Source: Octopus vulgaris
Taxonomy: Eukaryota
NCBI GenBank assembly: GCA_951406725.2
Contig: OX597819.1
Span: 108,438,001-108,502,000 of the forward strand
Direction of reading: 5' to 3'
Length of the DNA stretch: 64,000 bases
A model generated the notes under the pieces. It ran no database searches, was not told the DNA's origin, and saw only the letters and a list, made by a program, of their open reading frames with translations. Positions 1 to 12,185 of this stretch are shown here, in pieces. The translations under genes were made by a program, and so were the position numbers. Every line of letters starts with the position of its first letter. The first letter of the stretch is position 1.

Positions 1-1886
1 CAGTCAAAATCGTCTAACCCATACTAGCATGGAAAGCAGACGTTAAATGATGGTGATGATGATGATGATGACTTGAGATGAAAATGAACTGGTAAGCAAC
101 GATTTATTCTCCATTATAAAATACAATGATTGCCATAATGAAATAAAATAAATATAACAGGTTACAACAAGGATGTGTGAGAGGCTTCGTGGTTAGGCTG
201 GACTTTTGATCTTGTAGACATAGTTGACGTACTGCTTGGTGGTGTGTAGAGGCAGCCGTTGATCTGTTGGTTGTGTGGTGTTCATACAGCAACAATGTAG
301 GCAGGTGTCTGGTAGAGGTGAAAATGGAGACTGGCTGGTGTCAGATACATCATTGTCAGAGACGTGTTGCGTGTGGTCAGTGGCATGTGCCAAAGACCTA
401 GAGCAGTTGTGAACTGTCATTCTTATAGAGATCAGTTGGTTCCTAGAGCTGGTGATAAATTTCCCATGTAAGGAAAAAACAAACTGTTGCGCCAACACGA
501 TTGGACAGCTGGAAACCGACCAATACAAAGAAGTTCGGCTATTCACAAAGTCATGTGACCTGCTGGAATGAAAAGGCTTGTAGAGTCGATATCTGGGTAT
601 TTAAGCCTAAACAACCGTGACCCAAACAGCTCACACATAATGACATTGTAAATCACTTCTGCTATAGATACATGGATTAGAGAAAGCACCATGTGTGTGT
701 GAGTATGTGTATGTTTGTTTGTGTGCGTGCATGTGTGTATGCGTGCGTGTGTGTGTGTGTGTTATACACATCCACTACATATGACTTTTAAGAAGAGCAA
801 ATTAGAAAGCATCTTTACATCGAAGAAATAACAGTCAAAAATTTCCACAGCCTGCCATCTAAAAGAACATAAAGAAGAAAATACACATTGAATAATGCAA
901 TCTTAAATACACTATGTGTAAATAAAGGATATGACTGTCACGGCTAAGAAGTTTTTGATCATATGTATGTTGGATCAGAACTGGCCAAGGCTAAACAATA
1001 ATAACTTAGAAGAAAAAGAAATGTTAAAAAACTCTGAGAAATTTCCAAGATACTTAAATATTTTATGTGTACATAATAGTGAGAAAAGAATACATTCCGC
1101 CAAAAATATAATTCACGAAAAAAATAAAACTTCAAGTAGAATAGATTTTTCTAAAACAAAATCTGTAATATAAATTGCTTGTTAAATATGGCTGCCAAAC
1201 ATCACTAGTGTTAGAAAGAAAGATTGTGACCCGTTGCTCCTTCCATACTATCAACTAAATGTTCGGCTGCTTCAGAAGAAAGACAAAAAAAAATGTTTGA
1301 TTTTTTTTTTTTGTGCTTTGCTCCAATAATTGATATAATATCTCTCTCACAATGGAAATATTTTTGATCAATGCTTATGCTTTTTACTTTCCAATTAATA
1401 TTTTTTTACATTATTCCCTCTATTTTCTAACCTCCCTTAATGGCTATTGTAATGAAAGACTGTAAACGAATATGACCTTTTCAACATAGCCTGGCCTCTG
1501 TATTTTTATTATTATTTTCCTATCAGGAATGATATCAAAACTAAAAAAAAAAGGGGGAGGAAAAATCTTTTGATTTAAAATGTCTTTTTTTTATTATAGT
1601 GCTTTCACTTTTTTCTTCTTTTAAGATATTATTTATCTTAGCGCATCAGAGAAATTGGTGTAGTAAGTTAAAAAGAGTTGGATATAGGATTTGGAAATTA
1701 GAAGTATTTCTTCTGTTATTTTTTGTGATTTCAAGTTATGTATATGTAGGCATAGACTTACACATTTCCTTACATCAAATTAATGAAAGAAGATAAACAG
1801 GAAATGATGAGATTGATAAAAAGTAAGTGGGCCTTAAACCTATATCCTCAATTTAGTATTTCAACATATGCATGCATATGCATGTT

Positions 1887-1933
<47 letters not shown>

Positions 1934-2834
1934 TAGTAGTTCATAAGTTACAAATGAAAGTACATCCAGTATAAGTAACAGACCAGGAATATTTTTTACA
2001 TCACCAAAAAAATGTTACTGGCAAATTGTATGTAATTGGTCTGAATGTTACAGTTGGTTTCATGCCAAATATTGCCACTGATGGTAATATTCTGACCAGT
2101 TATATGTCTTTACTAGTAATATAATGTTCGATGACATAAAATATACGTACATACGTACATACATAGACGATGAATATAAATGAAAGTTAGTTGGTTGAGA
2201 GCTTTAACATGATAGGTGCAAGACGAGTGCACATACTAGGCTAGGTGGCACACAATGAGTAAAAGAACACTCATACACATATGTGTAGTGGTGGTAACTG
2301 AAGCAGTCAAAGAGTAAGTGATGTGAAAAACAGTGGTGATGGTGGTGGAGGTTAAGGCAGTGAAGTCATAGGTGTTGATGGTGGTGGCGTCAGAAGTCTG
2401 AATGGTGTGTGTATGGCAGATGTGGTGGTACTGATGTTTATCATGCAGCTTTGCAATAAATTGCAAGTCGACAAATTATATCATTGTTTTGATGAAAATT
2501 GTTCATTGCTTGAAAAATATTTTTCAAGTTTGATAAAATTCAATGCGCACTTAATGCAGGAAGTGTCATTGTTGGGTCCAAGACCTAAGGAAGAGCCCTC
2601 CACAGGAGCTAGCTCTCTCTTTATATATATATATATATCTATATATATATACACAAGTGAGTGGACACATTTAGTGGAAGTTACATGTATTATTTAAAAC
2701 AGTTTGATTCAGTTTCCCAAACAGAGCCTGGCTCCTTCAGGCTTCTGAAACCCAAATGGAGTAGCAAGGAAACCAAATCAAACTGTTTTAAATGTGCCCC
2801 AGAATGATCATAGCTTTAAAGTTGAAACAAGAGT

Positions 2835-2887
<53 letters not shown>

Positions 2888-2890
<3 letters not shown>

Positions 2891-3270
2891 TCATCATCGT
2901 TTAACGTCCGCTTTCCATGCTAGCATGGGTTGGTCGGTTCAACTGGGGTCTGGGAAGCCTGAAGGCTGCACCAGGCCAGTCAGATCTGGCGGTGTTTCTA
3001 CAGCTGGATGCCCTTCCTTTCGCCAACCACTCCGTGAGTGTAGTGGGTGCTTTTTATGTGCCACCAACACAGGTACCAGACGAGGCTGGCGAACAGCCAC
3101 GCTCGGATGGTGTTTTTTATGTGCCACCGGCACGGAGGCCAGGCGAGACCGGCATGGCCACGATTGGATGGTGTTTGTTACGTGCCACCAGCACGGAGGC
3201 CAGTCGATGCGGTGCTGGCTACGGCCACGTTCGGATTGTTCTCTTATGTGCCACCAGCACTGGTACCACA
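2888..3270 (-). mobile_element. Non-autonomous retroposon/SINE (family A, (GAT)n tail, internal ~60-bp tandem units)
   Basis: Same core (ggatgcccttcc..cgccaaccac..ccatgctagcatgg) recurs at about ten loci in the window; (CAT)n tail on + strand abuts a (TA)n tract. Confidence 0.8.
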
Positions 3271-3317
3271 AACAACAAATTCCATTGATGTGGATCGATT
3301 TCATACATACATATATA

Positions 3318-4012
3318 TGAGGCCTCCAGATCAACATTGAGAAGATAGGGGACATGCGAGTGAACAACAGACAGGAAGACCCAGTGTGACTGCACCAGGA
3401 AGATATCAAGGACATCAATAGGTTTGTTTACCTGGGCAGTGTAGTCAGTAAAGATGGTGGGACAGATGAGGACATTAAATGCTGAATAAACAAATCCCAA
3501 CATGCATTCAACACCTTGTGACCAATTGGGAGATCAACAGCCCTCTCACTCCAGAAGATCCAGATCTTCAACACATATGTTAAGTCAGATCTACTTTATG
3601 GCTCAGAAACATGGCAAGTGACCAAGACTAACACCCACAAGCTCCAGACATTTATTAACAGATGTCTCAGAAACATCCTTAACATCAGGTGGACAGAGGA
3701 CATCTCCAATGAGCAGCTGTGAGACAGGACAAGACAAGCCCCAGTCGAGACAGATATCAAGAAACTAAAATGGGGATGGATAGGCCACACACTACAAAAG
3801 CTTGCACCAAATGTCACCAAGCAGGCCTTTGACTGGAATTCACAGGGGAAGCGAATAGTGGGCCAACCAAAACAGTCTTGGTACAGGAGAGTCGATGCAG
3901 AGGTGAGGACAGCCAGAATGGTGTGGGCCAAGCTGAAGAGGATTCCCCAGAACTGTGTCTGTTGGAAAAATGTTGTTGTGGCCCTTTGTTCCCTGAGGAA
4001 TCAAGAGGCCTG
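3318..4012 (+). mobile_element. RTE-clade LINE 3' fragment (decayed RT C-terminus)
   Basis: Translates with stops to RFVYLGSVVSKDGGTDEDI...KIQIFNTYVKSDLLYGSETW...LRNILNIRW...KWGWIGHTLQK...GKRIVGQPKQSW, which are typical RTE ORF C-terminal motifs. Confidence 0.85.
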
Positions 4013-4078
4013 GGAGAGAGAGACATATGTATGATAGGTACCTTTGCCTCTATCAGTAATATAAAAAAATATGTATAT

Positions 4079-4124
<46 letters not shown>

Positions 4125-4129
<5 letters not shown>

Positions 4130-4361
4130 CACCATCCGTTCGTGGCTGTTTGCCAGCTCTGTCTGGCACCTGTGCGGGTGGCACGTAAAAAGCACCCACT
4201 ACACTCACGGAGTGGTTGGCGTTAGGAAGGGCATCCAGCAGTAGAAACACTGCCAGATCTGACTGGGCCTGATGAAGCCTTCCGGCTTCACAGACCCCAG
4301 TTGAACCGTCCAACCCATGCTAGCATGGAAAACGGACGCTAAATGATGATGATGATGATGA
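4125..4361 (+). mobile_element. SINE family A copy
   Basis: Near-identical to 17491-17730; ends ccatgctagcatggaaaacggacgctaaa(TGA)n. Confidence 0.8.
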
Positions 4362-4900
4362 TATATAATATAAATTGAACATGGGCAATCATTGTATTCT
4401 TTCTTTTCTTGAGGTTTACAGCCAAACGGCTGGGTGGATTTGCATGAAAAATGGCACACATGTGGAGACAGGGGCATAGATTGGAATGCTTACTGAGAAA
4501 ATCAGTTAAAACTTTTTCTAATGGCATTCTCCTGTTTGTTCCGCCATTAAAACAACCAATTACTCACACAGCTAGCATATACCATTTTGTTAGCAACAAG
4601 GGGAGTACAGGATGACATTCAGCCAAAATTTTCGCTATGCTGTCTCTCTTCTTTCACCTCCTTGTGGGATTAATAATCTTAATCTTTAGTTACAGTTTCT
4701 CATTCAAACTACATAATAGACAGATTTGTTGGATTAAGACAGTAGGGTGATTTTAGGGAGATTTGGCTGCTATTTCTACTAGCTCTAGCTACCATGTAGA
4801 GGTCTGAACTTAAATTTCATTTACATATTTGCATTTCAAAAATTTAACATAATCTTTTCCATAAATCAACTATTGTAAACACATACACACACGCAAGCAT

Positions 4901-4933
<33 letters not shown>

Positions 4934-5286
4934 CATTTCATATATCTTCTTTCAGTTTCTGCTCTCTGCAAATAAAATTTTTACAGATACAACTGCTTAC
5001 AAAAATAGGGATTCATGTATAATTTCTTTCTATGTTCATAATTAAATCAATGTTTCAATGATTAGACAGGGGTCCAATAGAATAGCTCTCAGAAACAGAC
5101 TGTACAATTTCGTTCTTCACAACTCCTGAAGCTGTTTTCTGACAAGAGGGTGAGGAGTCAGGAAATTTTCATACAGCTGGAGGCTCCAATCAAAACAGGG
5201 GACCTGAAATGATAAGGTTGAGAAACGCTGTTATAGATTATGCCACATCATCTAAACAGACCAGGTGAAACCAGGCTTAGCTGCTA

Positions 5287-5330
<44 letters not shown>

Positions 5331-5357
5331 ATATTCAGATAGATAGTTAGATAAATA

Positions 5358-6656
5358 TTGGGTTGGCAACTAAGTACCTGCCGTCTTTTAAAATTTTGGA
5401 ATTTATTGCGCTTTTAAATTTTGGAATCTATTTTTATCGAGAATTCTATTTTTGAATCATTTTTGAATCAATTTTTTTTCTTGTTAATTTTAGTTAATTT
5501 TTGTTTATTTTCTGATCATTGAAATAGAATTTCAAGTTAAGAAAAACGAGCATTTTTGACACCTCTTTCTTTTTGCTTTTAATCAAGGTACTATGGCCGC
5601 AAAAGCTGCTCGCGACATTTGTGCTGTGTATGGAGAGGGTGCTGTAGCTGAAACAACCACTTGTGATTGGTATGCCTAGTTCAAAAATGGAAATTTTGAC
5701 CTCAAAGACACATGTCATTCTGGCCGTCCAGTTGAGCAATTAAACCAACAATGAAAAGTGATTAAACCAACTTTTGCATGAAAATTCTCATCAAATGACA
5801 AGGGAACTGGCAGAGAAAATGGAATGCTCCCACACTGCTATAGAGAAGCATCTTCACTTGATGGGAAAGGTTCAGAAGTATGGAGCATGGGTTCCACATG
5901 CTTTAAGTGACAACAACAAAAATCAGCGAGCCACAATCACTGCTGGTTTGCTTGCTCGTCACTGTTCAACTCATGGACGCAAGTAACAATTTCTTTACCG
6001 AATTGTTACTGGCAATGAAAAATAGTGCCTGTACATCAATATGAAGCAGCATAGGGAATGGTTCAGCCCCAGTAAACAAGCGACACCGCATGTGAAACAA
6101 GATCTTCATCCGCGTAAAACAATGTTGTGCATATGGTGGGACTGGGAAGGGATTATCCATTATGAATTGCTTGAACAGAACCAAACAGACAACGCGGAAC
6201 TCTATGTTCAACAGATGGAATGACTCAACACAGCTATTCAAGAGAAAAGACCTTATCGGCAGCATGGAGTTCTTCTGTTGCACGACAACGCCCACTCTCA
6301 TATCACCAATATGGCCAAGGAAGCCATTCAAACGCTTGACTGGGAAGTGCTGCCACACCCGCCGTACTCTCCTGATTTGGCACTAATGGATTTCCATCTC
6401 TTTTGATTTCTTTCAAATGCTATGTGTGGAGTTTTGTTCAATACTGATGCAGAATTGAGAGCTTGGTTGGATCAATTTTTCAAGTCAAAATCGGGTGATT
6501 TCTACCAATGAGGTATTGAAAATCTTGTTGAACGTTGGGAAGAAGTTGTAAACAACAAGGGTGAATACATTATTGATTAATTAGTTGTTATTTTTTATTA
6601 AACCTTTTAAAAAATTTTAATTTTAAAAAACAGCAGGAACTTAGCTGCCAGCCTAA
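5358..6656 (+). mobile_element. Full-length but inactivated mariner (Tc1/mariner) transposon
   Basis: Imperfect ~31-bp TIRs (ttgggttggcaactaagtacctgccg / cagcaggaacttagctgccagcctaa), TA on both sides, 1299 bp. Transposase motifs WVPHAL, IVTGNEK, HDNA, HPPYSPDLA.MDFHLF with several stops. Confidence 0.92.
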
Positions 6657-6715
6657 TATAGATAGATAGATAGATAGATATAGATGTATGTCTGTATGTA
6701 CACTTACATATATAT

Positions 6716-7168
6716 TGAACGTGGTCAATGCCAGTGTCCCCTGCCTGGCTCCTGTGCCAGTGGTACGTAAAGAGCACCATCTGAACGTGGTCTATGCCAG
6801 TGTCCCCTGACTGGCTCCTGTGCCAGTGGTACGTAAAGAGCACCATCTGAACGTGGTCTATGCCAGGTCTGCCTGACTGGCTCCCATGCTGGTGGCATGT
6901 AAAAAGCACCATCCAAACATGGCCGATGCCAGTAACCCCTAACTGGCTCCCGTGCTGGTGGCATATAAAAAGCACTATCAGAATGTGATCAATTCCAGGC
7001 CCACCTGACTGGCTCCTGTGCCAGTGGCATGTAAAAAGCACCCACTATACTCTCTGAGTGGTTGACATTAGAAAGGGCATCCAGCTGTAGAAACGTTGCC
7101 AGATCAGATTGGAGCCTGGTGCAGCCACTGGCTCTCCAGACCTCAATCAAATCATCCAACCCATTCTA
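6716..7168 (+). mobile_element. SINE family A copy with ~5 internal tandem ~65-bp units
   Basis: Unit aaagagcaccatctgaacgtggtctatgccagtgtcccctgactggctcctgtgccagtggtacgt is repeated, followed by the family A core. Confidence 0.75.
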
Positions 7169-7239
7169 GTAGGCTGCATCTGTTACCAGCTGTTATGTCT
7201 AGAGTTTAGATGTGTAGTACACACTTATCAGATTTATTT

Positions 7240-7552
7240 TTGTTTTCACTGAATGCAGTGATACTCAAGCTCAAACCATGCAAAAGATTCAACAGGCCTT
7301 AGGCAACGATGTCATGAGCAAAACTCAGAGCAAAGTGTGGGACAACTCCTTCACACATGGCTGTGCCTCAGTGTCAGATTTTGTCCATTTGCTATTAGTT
7401 ACTTTTGAAGTGTTCCTAGAACAGTCAGATGTTACTTTACCTGGAAAGAATACAGTTACTAATAAGAAGCACTGAAATGAATGCATGCAAGATTTCACAG
7501 CTCTAGCATCACTCTTTCATAGTCAGCCTATGAACTTTTCAGCCTACACTCA
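7240..7552 (+). mobile_element. Degenerate internally deleted mariner fragment (N-terminal HTH)
   Basis: TMQKIQQALGNDVMSKTQSKVWDNSFTHGCASV resembles mariner transposase N-termini (QQAFGDxxMSxTQxxxWxxxFxxGxxSV). Confidence 0.6.
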
Positions 7553-7770
7553 TATATATATATGTATGCATATATGTGTGTGTATTTGTATCTCCTTGTT
7601 TTGATGTTACATAATAGTTATAAATGAGTGTCTCTCATTCATTTCTCATATTCTGTGAAGCAATGTCTACCATGGAAAAATATTACCTTGCTTGGTGACA
7701 AGTGATGGGTGGTGACAGGAAGGGCATGGAAAAGTGGATGATAAAATGATGATGATGATGATGATATATA

Positions 7771-8056
7771 CAGTGGTGGACTGGGTCTAAAAATATTGGT
7801 TGCCAGGAGACTAAGGGGGCCCACCTGCAACTACAATGCTATCATTTAATTTTTTTTTTATTTTTGTTAAAAGTATTCTTTTCAACTGTCTACAAATGCA
7901 GCCAGGCTGAAATCATGCATTCTTCCAGGAGTGAATAAAAAATTCTCAAACTTAAGGGGACGGGCCCCTTAAATACTAACACGGGCCCCCATATATGGAT
8001 TCTAATCGCAGAAGGACTCACTATCAGGTAAGTCGACAACCTGGCCAGTTCACCAC
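7771..8056. mobile_element. Short MITE-like DNA element
   Basis: Terminal cagtggtggactgg ... ccagttcaccac imperfect inverted repeats; no coding capacity. Confidence 0.45.
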
Positions 8057-8278
8057 ATATATCATCATCATCACCATTTTAACATCCACAGATGTGTGAT
8101 GCTTTCATCACACATCTGACATTCCAGTCAATGGATATAAGATGAAATAAGAACAACAATTATAAATGAGTGACAAATGAATATATAGTGCATGTGTTTA
8201 TTTGGCAAGGAAAAAAAAACAACATCTGTTTCAACACACGATTTCACATCAAGAATCTTGCAAAACAAATTTATATAT

Positions 8279-8359
<81 letters not shown>
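8279..8359. repeat. (GATA)n microsatellite
   Basis: About 20 perfect GATA units. Confidence 0.95.
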
Positions 8360-8360
<1 letters not shown>

Positions 8361-8987
8361 TCAGATGAATATGGTACTTAAGTTGAGGCATCAGAATTTA
8401 CTATGGTATTATCCATACAATTCAAAATAAGGTGATTAAAATCAAAATAAGCAACAAGGATATCCAGAGGTAATGCAGTACATCAATTTAAAATGTAGAG
8501 CAATCTTCAGCTGCACAAAAACATAGAATTTAATTAAATTTGAAGGACACATTAGTATAATTTTACCTAAAATCTCCAAGAGAATAAGGAGATACTGTGA
8601 TGTTGTTGGTAAAACATGTTCTTTGTCTATCTCCACATACCCCCCCCCTTTACATACACACACATACTTTCACACAGAGTTGAAACACTGTTTGATTTAT
8701 TTTTTTCTGTATACACTACCACGTATGACATCATCCCTTCTTTCCTTATTCATCTATCACCCCTTTCTTTCTCATTCATAAATACGAGAGTATTATTATA
8801 GTAGATTATCTCAGTTAATCATGAGAGCTATAAAAAAATAAAAAGCCCAGTATCACCACCAGATCATTCAACACATCTGTGTAATTTTTTGTGCAATTCT
8901 ACCCAGCTGTTTGACCGTGAATCCCAAGACAAGAAAGAATCGCCCATCTCAAATATATATGCATATATATATATTTATATATATATA

Positions 8988-9398
8988 TAAACAATTATAA
9001 ATAAGGGCAAAAAAATTTTCTTTGCCTATATGCTGAAAATAGACACTAAATTGTCTAGCCACATTAAATATTTTCACTATTATTATTACACATGGAATTT
9101 CTATTTGAATATATTTAGGGTATCTATATGTATTCATGACATTGCCTCTGCTTTTCTGTGCGTATGTGTATTTCATTTCTTTTCATTGTGTTCTTCGCTG
9201 ATGAAGAAAAATCCTTTGGATTAATCTTGAAATCGGACCGATACAGAGATAACTAAATTTTTACAAATTTCTATTAGCTCATTTCAACACGTGTAATAAT
9301 AATAGTAAAAATATTTAATGTGTTTAGACAATTTAGCATCTATTTTCAGCATATAGGCAAACAAAATTTTTTCTTTTCCCTTATTTAATTGTGTTTAT
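8988..9398. mobile_element. Fold-back element: ~110-bp inverted arms around a hammerhead-like core
   Basis: Arms 8988-9094 and 9288-9398 are diverged reverse complements; the spacer contains CTGATGA..GAAA. Confidence 0.75.
9190..9253 (+). ncRNA. Degenerate minimal hammerhead ribozyme motif
   Basis: CTGATGA(9198) - stem II aatcc/ggatt - GAAA(9229) - palindromic stem III atcgg-a-ccgat - A; stem I is partly decayed. Confidence 0.55.
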
Positions 9399-9469
9399 AA
9401 TTTCGCCTTAAAAGTTATTTTTCCATATGCTAGTGACTGATAAAATTTTTAGCAATTTTATCCTTATAT

Positions 9470-9530
<61 letters not shown>

Positions 9531-9573
9531 TGTGTGTGTGTGTGTGTAGGTTGTTAGAAGTCATGTACAGATT

Positions 9574-9747
9574 TTGTATATTAAGAAAAAGGAAGAAATC
9601 AGAATTTTGGATAATTCTTTATTTAGTGCTCTCTCGTCCATTTATGCAGACTCTTCAGAATAAATTTTCTGAAGAGTCCCCATGAATGGATGAAAGCACT
9701 AAATAAAGAATTATCCAAAATTCTGATTTCTTCCTTTTTCTTAATAT

Positions 9748-9751
<4 letters not shown>
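9574..9751. mobile_element. 178-bp palindromic element with hammerhead-like motif
   Basis: Outer ~53 bp are perfect inverted repeats. The + arm has CTGAAGA(9669) gtcc..ggat GAAA(9692) gcact; the mirror copy is degenerate. Confidence 0.7.
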
Positions 9752-9783
<32 letters not shown>

Positions 9784-10560
9784 TTCTCTAGTCACTTGCA
9801 CACCTGTCATTTTAAACATTCTGCATCAGTAAGTATCCTCATCCACCCATATTATTAACAATTGCATTACTTTCCAAAGATTCTTGGTTTCTTTCTTACC
9901 TCTAGATTAAGCCTTCATATAACCACCACTCCTCAACTAAGATGTTTCCCTCTGCTTGTTTTAGCTTCAAGCACAAAACTGCACGCACACACACACCCAA
10001 TCTCTCCTTCTCCATTGTCTACCACATTTTATGTAGACCTCCCAATTTTCATAAACCCAGTCATCAAGCTGTGTGATTCAGAGACAATTCTTCTCTTCAT
10101 CTCAAACTCTACAGCCTTCTCTCCCAGTCAATTGAAACATAGTGTTATGTTTTATTCCCAATAAGAACAACCATGAATCAGATTATACAGCTCTTCATTC
10201 CACCTTAAACCCTTTGCAGTCAGACATCATCCATGCAAAGTCTCCTCATCTAACAACTGAAATGCATTGCCTTTATGACTGGAGACCTCAAAAGTATTCT
10301 CCAAAGAAGATATAACATTTTTGTCTCTTGTAACTGCACAATTAAAATTGCTATTTATATCAAGGAAACATTCTTGTACTCCCTTCTACTCCTGATCAAC
10401 ACACAAAATGAAACATTCAAAATCCCTACAAATATTATCTGAAATCTCTAACACTGCATTATGAAAACTGATTCCTTTTCAGAACCAGAAAATACATCAG
10501 TTCTGATCAATTAGTAACTCTCAACAAACTTCAGATGTCACCTTTATTAATGTTTAGACA

Positions 10561-10945
10561 GAAGCATGACTGTATGGTTCAGGAGATTGCTTCTCAACCA
10601 TGTGATCCCAGGTTCAATCCCACTGTGTGGCACGTTGGGCAAGTGATTTCTACTGTAGCCTGGGGATGATCAAAGTCTTGTAATTGGATTTGGTAGAAGG
10701 GAACTGGAAAAAAACCTGTGTGTTTGTGTGTGCATGTTCAAGAGTATCCTTGTTTTGACATCATGTGATGGTTTACAGCCATCACTGTCATACACTGTTA
10801 TATACTACCATAGACAATGAGTATCACTGTCATACGTGCAATGTTGTTCATTTTCAGTCTTCTATGAAAAGCATGTCTGGCAATGGGGAATATTACCAAA
10901 TTCCATCTGACCCCTGTAAGCATAGAAGAAAGGATGTTAATTGAT
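10561..10945 (+). mobile_element. tRNA-headed SINE (family B)
   Basis: A/B-box-like head (tgtatggttcagg...ggttcaatccc) and body shared with 51759-52125, 56850-56997(-) and 62062-62228(-); followed by a (GAT)n tract. Confidence 0.6.
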
Positions 10946-11083
10946 GGTGATGATGATGATGAAGACGGTGACAACAATGATGACGATGATGATGATGACA
11001 ATGATGACGATGATGATGATGACGATGATGATGACAATGACAATGATGATGATGATGATGATAATGACGACGATGATGATGAT
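10943..11083. repeat. (GAT/GAC)n trinucleotide tract
   Basis: About 45 imperfect GAT/GAC/AAT units; the expanded tail of the preceding SINE. Confidence 0.9.
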
Positions 11084-11763
11084 TTAGTACTGGTTAGAAA
11101 TGACCATAAGGTAGTATTATCTGCATAAGAGATTGCAGATGTGGGAGGGCAATTGAGCTATTGTCCAGTTTGACAACAAAAAAGTTGAAGTTCAAGACAG
11201 GTGAAATTCAAGAAAGGGGGAAAGAATTGGAAGAAAACCCTTTGAGCAATCTATTGTAGGATGGGAAGGAAAGTGTTGGGGAACAAAAGGCATTTAAACC
11301 TTGACCGACCATCCAATTTCTTTGTATATCAGGGGCTAAACTGTTTTAATATATTCTTATTTAAATCTTACTGAGCGATTTAAGAGAGATGTGGCTACTA
11401 ATTTTAGTCGGTCAAGTGATCACTTAGACAGTCCCTCATTAATGAAGGAATTGTCTAGCCCTAATCAATATTATCAAAGGGGTTCCAATCGTGACCATCC
11501 CTGTTATAGGACATTGCCTATCTAGGATTACATTATCCTCGGCGTCCCCACACCATTTCAAGACGAGCAGAGTATTATTTGAGGGAGATTTAGCTGGCAT
11601 ATTTAGTAAGTTGAAAGACCGAATAGAAGCTCATTCATTGGCTCGTCGGCGTATTTTTTGTATGAATGATCAAGTTGTTGTGTCTGTGTGTCTGTGTAAA
11701 TGATGATGATGACGATGATGATGGTGATGATGATTTATATGTATATACACACACGCGATATAC

Positions 11764-11799
<36 letters not shown>

Positions 11800-12093
11800 C
11801 AATATTTCGCAACACTGCTAGTCTTCCATAGTTGTCGACAGCAGCCGCTCCAGTCAATCATCCGGGCTTTACTCCGCCATAACACACCAACTCATCAGCT
11901 CAACTAACACTGAACTGAAAGGTCTTGTTATAGTAGTAATAGTAATAACAGCAGCAATAATACTATACAATCATCGTTATCGTATTATTTTTTTTTTTCC
12001 TGCCGGGGCAAGTAGGTATTTTTACAACAGCCGCTGCTTGCTTGCTTCGTTTCCAAAAGTCTTAACAAATACGTTTAGAGAGAAAGTGAAGAG
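11800..12093 (+). promoter_or_regulatory. Probable BCL7 promoter/5' UTR (locally CpG-retaining)
   Basis: CpG dinucleotides are visibly more frequent here than in the CpG-depleted flanks, immediately upstream of the ATG. No TSS can be placed. Confidence 0.45.
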
Positions 12094-12185
12094 ATGTTGT
12101 CGCGGTCGATACGAGCCGAAACCCGTAGCCGGGCAAAGGAAGATATCAAACGTGTGATTAATGCCATTGATAAAGTTAGGAAATG
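12094..12185 (+). CDS. BCL7: BCL7-family protein (BAF complex subunit), coding exon 1
   Basis: [30 protein letters not shown](W) is the conserved BCL7 N-terminal domain; donor TG|gtaagt, phase 2. Confidence 0.96.

Noticed and set aside
2917-3418. Several overlapping 100-160-aa ORFs
   Set aside because: They lie within a multi-copy SINE with internal repeats; no protein homology recognised.
5774-6386. Functional transposase or SETMAR-like gene
   Set aside because: Multiple stops and a first catalytic Asp-to-Asn change; it is a dead mariner copy.
6716-7040. Regularly spaced repeats resembling a CRISPR array
   Set aside because: The units are contiguous with no unique spacers, there are no cas genes, and the context is a eukaryotic SINE.
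9790-10540. Possible minus-strand RTE-like LINE remnant
   Set aside because: Only faint motif resemblance; too decayed to support.
10883-11128. Poly-Asp ORF
   Set aside because: It is a (GAT)n SINE tail with no splice or homology support.
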